From positions 1-48,476 of IMG/VR virus record IMGVR_UViG_3300037423_001743: a stretch of 48,476 nucleotides of DNA; one strand, given 5' to 3'. Positions 8,223 through 16,200 of this stretch are shown in pieces. The DNA is from a virus. Taxonomy: Duplodnaviria > Caudoviricetes. Made by a program: the position numbers and the translations under genes. A model generated the notes under the pieces. The model was not told the DNA's origin. It saw nothing but the letters and a program-made list of their open reading frames with translations, and searched no databases. Positions within the stretch are counted from its first letter, which is position 1. Each line of letters begins with the position of its first letter.

Positions 8223-9050
8223 ATGCAACCGCAGTACCCCGCCCAGTACCCGACCCAGCCGCCGATGCCGCAGTACCCCCAGCAGCCGGCGTACCCGGCC
8301 CCGCAGGGCTACCCGCAGCAGCCGGCGCCCACCTACCCCCAGGCCTATCCACAGCCGCAGTACGCCCCGCCGGCGCCGCCGGCCCAGCCCCTGCCGACCG
8401 GCACCCTGGACACCTTCTACCAGCAGCCCAGCTCCGGCGGCGGACCGTCGTTCAAGTTCATGGACGCCAACCGCCAGCCGCAGATCGGCAAGCACTACGA
8501 GGGCTTCGTCGCCCGGCCGGTCACCGACGCCGACGTGCGCGCGCAGACCGATCAGAGCGGCAACGTGCAGACCTATCGCGACGGCCGGCCGAAGTTCGTC
8601 ATGGTCGTGCCGATGCAGGTCCAGCCCTCCCCGGAGTTCCCCGAGGGCCAGGCCGGCTGGTGGGTCAAGGGACAGGCCCGCGACGAGCTCGCCCGGGCCA
8701 TGGCCGAGGCCGGCGCCCCAGCCGGCGCCCCCGAGGCCGGCGCGTTCATCCGCGTCACCCTCGTCAGCGTGCGGCCGATCCCGGGCCGGAACCCGGCCTA
8801 CCAGTACCGGGTGGACTACGTCCGGCCCGGCAACCCGGCCCCGGCGCCGCAGCCGGTACAGCAGCCCGTCGCGGCCCCGGTGATGCAGCAGGCGCCGGTC
8901 CCTGCGCCGATGCCGCAGGCCGTTCCTCAGGTGCCGGTGCCGCAGCAGGTTCCGGCACCTGCGCCCGCCGCAGCAGCCCCCGCAGCGGCGGGCTTCACCC
9001 CGGAGCAAGCCGCCCTCTTCGCCAAGCTCACCGGCGCCCCCACCGGCTGA
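8223..9050 (+). CDS. Putative ssDNA-binding protein with Pro/Gln-rich termini
   Basis: RBS GAGGAG; beta-rich central domain (PSFKF...DGRPKFVMVVPMQ...WWVKG) next to exonuclease; QPQYP repeats. Confidence 0.55.
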   Translation: MQPQYPAQYPTQPPMPQYPQQPAYPAPQGYPQQPAPTYPQAYPQPQYAPPAPPAQPLPTGTLDTFYQQPSSGGGPSFKFMDANRQPQIGKHYEGFVARPVTDADVRAQTDQSGNVQTYRDGRPKFVMVVPMQVQPSPEFPEGQAGWWVKGQARDELARAMAEAGAPAGAPEAGAFIRVTLVSVRPIPGRNPAYQYRVDYVRPGNPAPAPQPVQQPVAAPVMQQAPVPAPMPQAVPQVPVPQQVPAPAPAAAAPAAAGFTPEQAALFAKLTGAPTG

Positions 9051-9063
9051 GCGGGCGACTGTC

Positions 9064-9098
9064 CGGCCCGGGCGTCCTTGCCCCTGCGCCCGGGCCGG
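9064..9098 (+). terminator. GC-rich hairpin after the putative SSB gene
   Basis: CGGCCCGGGCG...CGCCCGGGCCG inverted repeat; no strong U-tract. Confidence 0.45.
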
Positions 9099-9148
9099 GC
9101 GGTGACCTTCTCGGCCCACCCCAACTCGATGCACACGGAGGTGCCCCG

Positions 9149-9664
9149 ATGAACCGTCTCCTGATCCGCCTGGCACTGGGCGCCGGTTACCTCGGCACCA
9201 TCGTGGCCGCCAACTGGGCAGTTGCCCGGTTCGGCACCGTGGCGGTCGGCCTCGGTCTGGTCGCGCCGGCCGGTGTCTACTTCGCCGGGCTGGCCTTCAC
9301 CCTGCGCGACCTGCTGCACGAACTGGTCGGCTGGCGCGCCGTCTTCGCAGTGATCGCCGCCGGCGCTGCCCTGTCCTTCTGGGTCGCCACACCCTCGCTC
9401 GCTCTCGCGTCGGCCGCAGCCTTCGGTCTGTCCGAACTGGCCGACCTGCTGGTGTACGCGCCGCTGCGCCAACGGCGCTGGCTGGTCGCGGTTGCGCTGT
9501 CCAATGTGGTCGGCCTGCTGGCCGATTCGGTGCTGTTCCTGACGCTCGCCTTCGGGTCGCTCACCTTCCTACCTGGTCAGGTCATCGGGAAGGCCTGGAT
9601 GACGGCGCTGGCCGTGGTGCTGCTGGCCGCCGGGCGCCGGGCGTACCGCAGACGGACGGCCTGA
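9149..9664 (+). CDS. yhhQ: VUT/YhhQ-family queuosine-precursor (preQ0/preQ1) transporter
   Basis: IVAANW, FTLRDLLHE, ASAAAFGLSELADLLVY, SNVVGLLADSVLFLTLAFG motifs; multi-TM; RBS GGAGG. Confidence 0.85.
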   Translation: MNRLLIRLALGAGYLGTIVAANWAVARFGTVAVGLGLVAPAGVYFAGLAFTLRDLLHELVGWRAVFAVIAAGAALSFWVATPSLALASAAAFGLSELADLLVYAPLRQRRWLVAVALSNVVGLLADSVLFLTLAFGSLTFLPGQVIGKAWMTALAVVLLAAGRRAYRRRTA

Positions 9665-10437
9665 TGGAGACCTTCTACCTAGGCACGCACCAGCCCGGCT
9701 GGCTCAACTGGGCCGGGGTGCCGCTGTTCGTCTCCGACCGGCGCCTGCGTCGGTATGGCCAACTGCCGCGGGTAGCTGCGCCGTGGGCTTTGGACTCCGG
9801 CGGCTTCACCGAGCTGTCCACCCACGGCACCTGGGACCACGGGCCAACCCCTCGGGAGTACGTCGACCGGATCCATCGGTACCGGGACAAGATCGGCCAG
9901 CTGGACTGGGTTGCACCTCAGGACTGGATGTGCGAGCCCTTCATCCTCGCCAAAACCGGCCTCTCCGTACGCGATCACCAATGGCGGACCGTCGAGAACT
10001 ACTTCACCCTGACCAGCCTGGCGCCCGACTTGCCGATCATCCCGGTACTGCAGGGCTTCGAGCCGCACGAGTACATGGAGTGCGTCGACTTGTACGCCAG
10101 CGCAGGCCTTGACCTGCGTGACCAGCCGCTAGTCGGCCTCGGGTCGGTCTGCCGCCGACAGGGCACGGAGGCAGCCGAGCGGATCGTCAAGGCACTGCAC
10201 TCGCGCGGTATCACCCGCCTGCACGGGTTCGGCGTCAAGAAGCTCGGGCTGCAGCGGTTCGGTCACCTGCTCACCTCCGCCGACTCCCTCGCCTGGTCGT
10301 TCGACGCCCGCCGCTCCGCGTTGTTGCGCGAGTGCGTCGGTGACCGGCACAAGAACTGCGCCAACTGCCCACGGTTCGCCCTCGCGTGGCGCTGCGACCT
10401 GTTGGCAAGCCTCCAACCGAGGGCGGTGTCGGCATGA
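9664..10437 (+). CDS. dpdA: DpdA-like (TGT-fold) 7-deazaguanine DNA transglycosylase
   Basis: LDSGGF, PQDWMCEP, PVLQG, VGLGSVC, LHGFGVK, SADSLAW, C-terminal CANC; coupled to yhhQ. Confidence 0.85.
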   Translation: METFYLGTHQPGWLNWAGVPLFVSDRRLRRYGQLPRVAAPWALDSGGFTELSTHGTWDHGPTPREYVDRIHRYRDKIGQLDWVAPQDWMCEPFILAKTGLSVRDHQWRTVENYFTLTSLAPDLPIIPVLQGFEPHEYMECVDLYASAGLDLRDQPLVGLGSVCRRQGTEAAERIVKALHSRGITRLHGFGVKKLGLQRFGHLLTSADSLAWSFDARRSALLRECVGDRHKNCANCPRFALAWRCDLLASLQPRAVSA

Positions 10438-12212
10438 CCACAGACGCGCCTCCGGCCGCCCTATACGGAGAGCTGACTGCCGACGGCGCGACGATCGTGC
10501 TGATCGGCGTCGGCCCGGATCCGGACATCGCCCGGATGGCCCAGCTGATCCAGCTGATGACGCCTCTGGTCAAGCCCAGCGACCCGCCCGGCGCGCTCAC
10601 GCTGCCGGCCACCTGGGCGGCCGTCGTCCAGCTCGCCCAGCTGTTCGGCGCGGCCTGGCAGCCCGGCCCGCGGCTGCTGGCGTGGCTGCGCGAGGAGCTG
10701 CTGCGGCGCACGCCGGCCGCCGGCGGTCTGAGCGTCGACCTGCCGGACGGACTGGTGCCGCGGCCGTACCAGGTCGAGGGCGCGCTGATGATCGGCGCGC
10801 TCGGCCGGGCGCTGCTCTTCGACGACCCCGGCACCGGCAAGACCATCACCACCATCCTCGGCCTGCTCGAACGCGCCGCGGCCGGACACCCGGTCACCCC
10901 GGTCGTCGTCATCGCCCCGGCCTCGGTCGTCGACCCCTGGGTACAGGCATGGCAGGCGTGGGCGCCGGACTGGCGGACCATCGCCTGGCGCGGCAGCCCC
11001 GACTTCCGGCGGCGGCTGGCCGCGCGGCCGCCCGAGACCGCCTCGCACGTCGTGGTGACCAGCTACGACACCGCCCGTATGGACGCCGCCAAGGGCGGCC
11101 CGCTGGCCAAGCTCGCCGCGCGGACGGTCGTCGTGGACGAGTGCCACCTGATCAAGACGCCGCACGCCGCTCGGTCGGTGGCGGCGCGGCGGCTGGCCAA
11201 GCGCGCGGACAACTTCGTGGCCCTGTCCGGCACCCCGATCACCCACCATCCCGGCGACCTCTGGCCCACCCTGGAAGCCCTCGCGCCGCTGGCGTGGCCG
11301 TCCGGTGAGCGGTGGAAGGCCCGCTACTGCGTGACCGTCCCAGGCGACTACAGCGCCAAGGTGCTCGGCCTCAACGAGTTCACCGAGACCGAGATGCGCA
11401 CCACGCTGCTCGGCCAGCACCGGCGCGTGGCCAAGGCCGACGTGCTGGCGCAGCTGCCGCCGAAGATCTACAGCACGCGGCAGGTCGAGCTGCCGGCGGC
11501 GTACCGCAAGGCGTACGACGAGTTCGAGGCCGAGATGTTCGCCGAACTGCCCGATGGCCAAGAGCTGTCGATCATGGACGTGCTCTCACAACTCAACTTC
11601 CTCAACATGCTGTCCAGCTCGGCGGCCGACGTGCGGATCACCTACGAGCCAGATGAGGAGACCGGGGAGGAGAAGCGGCACGTCCACCTCGACCTCAAGG
11701 CGCCCAGCTGGAAGGTCGACGCGCTGCTCGAGGTGCTCGCCGAGCGCCCGGGTGAGCCGGTCGTGGCGTTTGCGCCCAGCCGCCAGCTCATGGTCCTGGC
11801 TGGGCAGATGGCCGAGAAGGCCGGGCACCAGGTCGGCTACGTCGTGGGCGGGCAGTCCATGCGCGAGCGCACCGACACGGTGGAGATGTTCCAGCGCGGC
11901 AAGCTCGACCTGCTCTGCGTGACCACCGGCGCCGGCGGCGTCGGCCTCACCCTGACCGCCGCGCGGACCGTGGTGTTCCTGCAGCGGCCGTGGTCGCTCG
12001 TCGAAGCCACCCAGGCGGAGGACCGCTGCCACCGCATCGGCAGCGAGATCCACGACTCGATCGAGGTCATCGACGTGGTGGCCACCAAGACCATCGACGC
12101 CCGCATCCGCGGCGTGCTCCACGACAAGGCCGGCCAGCTCGCGGATCTGCTGCAGGACAAGCGGATCGTCACCCAGCTGCTCGGTGGATCGACACTTCGG
12201 AAGGCTGCCTGA
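10434..12212 (+). CDS. SNF2-like SF2 helicase
   Basis: PRPYQ, DDPGTGKT, VVDECH, LSGTP, GGVGLTLTAA, QAEDRCHRIG. Confidence 0.92.
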   Translation: MTTDAPPAALYGELTADGATIVLIGVGPDPDIARMAQLIQLMTPLVKPSDPPGALTLPATWAAVVQLAQLFGAAWQPGPRLLAWLREELLRRTPAAGGLSVDLPDGLVPRPYQVEGALMIGALGRALLFDDPGTGKTITTILGLLERAAAGHPVTPVVVIAPASVVDPWVQAWQAWAPDWRTIAWRGSPDFRRRLAARPPETASHVVVTSYDTARMDAAKGGPLAKLAARTVVVDECHLIKTPHAARSVAARRLAKRADNFVALSGTPITHHPGDLWPTLEALAPLAWPSGERWKARYCVTVPGDYSAKVLGLNEFTETEMRTTLLGQHRRVAKADVLAQLPPKIYSTRQVELPAAYRKAYDEFEAEMFAELPDGQELSIMDVLSQLNFLNMLSSSAADVRITYEPDEETGEEKRHVHLDLKAPSWKVDALLEVLAERPGEPVVAFAPSRQLMVLAGQMAEKAGHQVGYVVGGQSMRERTDTVEMFQRGKLDLLCVTTGAGGVGLTLTAARTVVFLQRPWSLVEATQAEDRCHRIGSEIHDSIEVIDVVATKTIDARIRGVLHDKAGQLADLLQDKRIVTQLLGGSTLRKAA

Positions 12213-12516
12213 TGGCCAAGACCGGTGTCGTCTACCTCCTGCACTTCGACCGCCCGTTCGGCCACGCCCGGCACTACACCGGCTGGGCGGTTGACCTCGA
12301 TGCGCGTCTCGCCCAGCACGCCGCAGGAAGCGGGGCCAACCTGCTCGCCCACGTCGCCCGCGCAGGCATCGGCTGGACGCTCGCGCGGACCTGGACCGGC
12401 ACACGCGACCGAGAACGCCAGCTCAAACGCCAGGGCGGGGCCTCCCGGATGTGCCCGCTCTGCGGGGTGCGACCGCGGAAGACCTCATGATCGACACTTC
12501 GGAAGGCTGCCTGATG
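12187..12516 (+). repeat. 28-bp direct repeats flanking the GIY-YIG gene
   Basis: GATCGACACTTCGGAAGGCTGCCTGATG at 12187-12214 and 12489-12516. Confidence 0.92.
12212..12490 (+). CDS. Small GIY-YIG-type endonuclease
   Basis: GVVYLLHF...HYTGWAVDLDARLAQH...ERQLK; C-terminal CPLC. Confidence 0.8.
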   Translation: MAKTGVVYLLHFDRPFGHARHYTGWAVDLDARLAQHAAGSGANLLAHVARAGIGWTLARTWTGTRDRERQLKRQGGASRMCPLCGVRPRKTS

Positions 12517-12990
12517 TACGTCATAGGTGTTGATCCCGGCCCCGTCCCGGGCGTCGTCCGGCTCCACCTCGAGTACGGCCACGGCCCTACCCGGCTACTC
12601 GAGGCCGAGGCGTTGCAGGTGACACCACGGCTGATCCTGCCGGTGCTGGACATGCTGTCCGACCACAACCGCACCGCGATCGCGCTAGAGCAGTTCGTCG
12701 TCGGGCGCCGCGCCTCACAGTCGTCCACCCCAGCCGCCGGCGTGATCACCCGCGCCATGGTGGGTGCCATCGACGCGTGGGCCAGTGACCTCTCCGAGCG
12801 CTCGTGTGTGGCCCGCTCGGCAGCCGCGGTGAAGCCCTGGGCGGTTGACAAGCGCCTGCACGCGGACGGCCTGCTCGACATGACCGCCGGGATGCGCCAC
12901 GCCCGCGACGCCGCCCGGCACGCGCTGTTCTGCGCCGTGAAGGACTACGGCCTGCCCGACCCACTGAGCAGCAAGGCGGGTGCGCGATGA
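12514..12990 (+). CDS. RuvC-like Holliday junction resolvase
   Basis: N-terminal VIGVDPG, IALEQF, HARDAARH. Confidence 0.78.
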   Translation: MYVIGVDPGPVPGVVRLHLEYGHGPTRLLEAEALQVTPRLILPVLDMLSDHNRTAIALEQFVVGRRASQSSTPAAGVITRAMVGAIDAWASDLSERSCVARSAAAVKPWAVDKRLHADGLLDMTAGMRHARDAARHALFCAVKDYGLPDPLSSKAGAR

Positions 12991-13208
12991 CCGACGACGC
13001 GGTCAACCACCCTCGGCACTACACCGCCCACCCGAGCGGCGTCGAGTGCATCACGATCACCGAGCACATGGGCTTCAACCTCGGCAACGCGATCAAGTAC
13101 ATCTGGCGGGCGGACCTCAAGAGCGACGCCGTCGAGGATCTGCGCAAGGCGGCCTGGTACGTCAACCGGGAGATTGAGCGACGCACCCGTAGCGGTGATG
13201 GCACGTGA
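12987..13208 (+). CDS. DUF3310 (SaV-like) protein
   Basis: DAVNHPRHY, FNLGNAIKYIWRA, EDLRKAAWY. Confidence 0.88.
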   Translation: MTDDAVNHPRHYTAHPSGVECITITEHMGFNLGNAIKYIWRADLKSDAVEDLRKAAWYVNREIERRTRSGDGT

Positions 13209-16200
13209 CCCCCGAAGAGATGTCCGCGCTCGACGTCGCGCGTCAGCTCGCTGCGGCCGGCATCCCGATCTTCATCGCGCAGCCGGACAGCTCGACCAAA
13301 ACCGGGTATCGCCCGCCACCCCGCTGGGAGCGCACGGTCCCGGACCCGGCAATCGTCGATCTCTGGCGGCCGGGTCTTGCGCTGTGCGCGGTGATGGGGT
13401 GCGGGCTGGACCTCATCGACTTCGACCCGCGCAACGGCGGCAACCCGTCTGCGCTCAACGGCATGACACCACGGTTCCACGGCCTGGCCTCCACACCGTC
13501 GGGTGGCGCGCACGGCTTCATCGCCTCCCTGGGCGTCGGCAGCCGCGACAACGTGTTGCCGGGTATCGACGTCAAGGGCGGCACCCCCGAAGGGTCGAGC
13601 CGCGGATTCGCGTTCATCGCCCCCACCGTGCGGGTCAGCGCGGTCACCGGCGAGCCGGCCGCCTACCGGTGGGTGCAGGCTCCCGCCCTCGGCCAGCTCA
13701 ACGGGGATGTGTCCGGGGCGAACCTGGCCGCCCGGATCCGCGAGCTGCGCACCTCCACCGAGACGGCGCGCGGCGTCGGCGGGCCGCAGTGGTGGCAGGA
13801 CTTCATGGCCCAGCGCGAGCCACAGTCCGCGCCCGCGGCCGAGAAGGCGATCGAGGAGAAGCTGGCCGAGGTCGTCGCGTGGACCACGGAGTCCGGCACC
13901 GGATTCCGAACAATCCTGCTGCGCGCCGCGCTGACCCTCGGCGGGTACGTCGGCGGTGGCTACCTCGCCGAAACCGACGCCCGCGAGCGCCTCGAGAAGG
14001 CGGTCGAGACCGTGTGGGGCACCCCGGACACGGATGACCTGCTGTGGATCCAGCAGGGCCTGGATGACGGCGCCGTACGCCCCTTCTACGTGTTCACCGC
14101 CGAACAGGAACGCACCCACTCCGAGGCAGCCCAGGCGGTTGCCCGCGAAGGTGAGGCGCCCCCGACCGCGGAGCCGCCCGCAGAACCGCCGTGGACGGTG
14201 TTCAGCGCGCTGGGTGTCGAGCCGTTCGACCCGGCCGGCGACACCTCCGACCAGGGACTGGCCAAGGCGGTCGCCTACCGGATGTACCCCGCGCTGCGGT
14301 ATGCCAAGGACGCCGGGCTGTGGATCAAGCGGGAGCGCGACGTCTGGGACGAGTGCGCCGACGACATGTCCGATTGGATCGTGTCGCTGCTGGCCGAGCT
14401 GATGCCGCTCGGCGAGACCCCCGTCCCGAAAGACGTCACCCAGCGCACCGAGCTGCACTGGCAGGCGGCCCGCCGCGCGACGTTCATGAGCTCGGCGGGG
14501 ACCGGGAAGATCGGCCGGAAGTTGCGGGCCATCATCCGTAGCGACCACCCGGCCTCGCTGCGTATCTCCGACCTGGACACCAACCCGGAAGTGCTCTGGG
14601 CAGGTGGTATTCCGTGGGACCTGCGCGCGTCCGGGGAGGTGCCGACACCGGCGATGTGGGTGGATCCCAACACTCCACACCTGCGCACCGCCCTGTGCGC
14701 GCCCGACCCGAGGGTCATGACGCCTCGCTGGGACGCGTTCGTGGCCGCCGTACTGCCGGATCCGGAGGTCCGGGCGTGGGCGCTGCGCGTGCTGGCCATC
14801 GCGCTGACGGGCTACCCGGACGCCGCCCTGCCGATCCTGTACGGGCGGGAACGGTCGGGTAAGACGTCGCTGGTCGAGATGCTGGTGACGGTGCTTGGTA
14901 GCTACGCCCACGCCGCCAACCCGAAGCTGCTGAGCTCACAGGACAACTCGCACGACGCGATCATCTACGACCTGCGCGGACGCCGGCTTTCGTTCATCGA
15001 CGAAGGCCCCAAGCGCGGACACGACGCGACCGAGCGGCTCAAGCAGCTCACCGGCGGCGGCTCGCTGACCGGCCGGCCGATGCGCGCCAACCCGGTCACC
15101 TTCACCCCCAACCACACCCTGGTCATGACGACCAACCCTGAGCCGAACCTGACCGATCCCGCGCTACGCGCCCGTGTGCGGCTGATCCCGTGCGACAGCC
15201 CAGAGGAGGTCGTCAAGCCGCTGCGGGTGCGCCTGCTCGGAAACGGGTTGGTCACCGAGGCGCCGGGCATCCTCGCCGCGATGATGCGGGAGACCGCGGC
15301 GTGGCTGGCCGACCGCGACACCGCCGCCACCTCGGCCGCGCCGATCAGCATCCGCGGGCTAGCCGACGAGATCGCCGCCGGTCAGGACCCGGTGCAGGAG
15401 TGGGTGGAGACGTGCACGGTACCGACGACGCCGGGCACGCAGAGCCGGATCCTCTACAGCCAGCAGTTCGCCCGCTGGCACCAGGACCACCCGCGCTACC
15501 GGCGTCTGTCCCTGCCGACCGAGACCGCGTTCGGCCGCCGGCTGACCGAGCTCGGCTACCCGGCCGCGCGGCACGAGAACGCCAATTACCGACCACTGTC
15601 CGTGTTGAACGGAGGCGGCCACGGGGTCACACCGCAGCCGCCGAGTACCGCCGCATTCATGGCTCCGGCTGGAGGGTTGCTGGAGGGTTCCTGGAGGGTT
15701 CTGGAGGGTTCTGCCGCGAACCCTCCAGGGGTAGAAACCCCAGCTCAGGGCACACTTTCTGATAGGTCCCTGGAGGGTCTGGAGGGTTTTCCTCTACTAC
15801 AAGACACAAACTCACAAAATATAGAGGTACAGAAAAATACACAGGGAAAGGTGGCGAAACCCTCCACCCTCCAGCCGTCCACCCAAAAGGGTGGTCTGAC
15901 CTCGGATAACCCCGCTGATGGAGGGTTGGGGGGCAACCCTCCAGAAACCGCGCAGGCGACCCTCCCGGGCATGGAGGCGGAAGGCCCCTCTCGGCGGGCT
16001 GATCCGACTACAGGCCGTTACACCAAGGCAGCGCAGAAGGCCGCGGAGAAGGAGGCCGCTCGGCGGGCCGCCGCGGGTGAGTCGGTGCCGTTGCCGGTCT
16101 CGGTCGACCGGGCCGGTGTGATCGCCCCGCTCGACCCAGTCGGTGCAGCTACCGAGATCGTGGCGGCGGGTGCTCGGTCCGGCGCACTCACGGTGGACGT

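Noticed and set aside
8223-8400. Tandem CAG/CCG-rich repeats as a DNA element
   Set aside because: Explained by the Pro/Gln/Tyr low-complexity protein N-terminus
7080-9176. Long reverse-strand ORFs (also 13019-14911, 24583-26169, 26459-28282, 31263-32663, 33147-34769)
   Set aside because: Antisense shadows of well-supported genes in high-GC DNA; no recognisable motifs
15600-16150. Intein in the replicase
   Set aside because: No Cys/Ser-start or His-Asn-end splice motifs or LAGLIDADG blocks seen; region is repeat-rich linker
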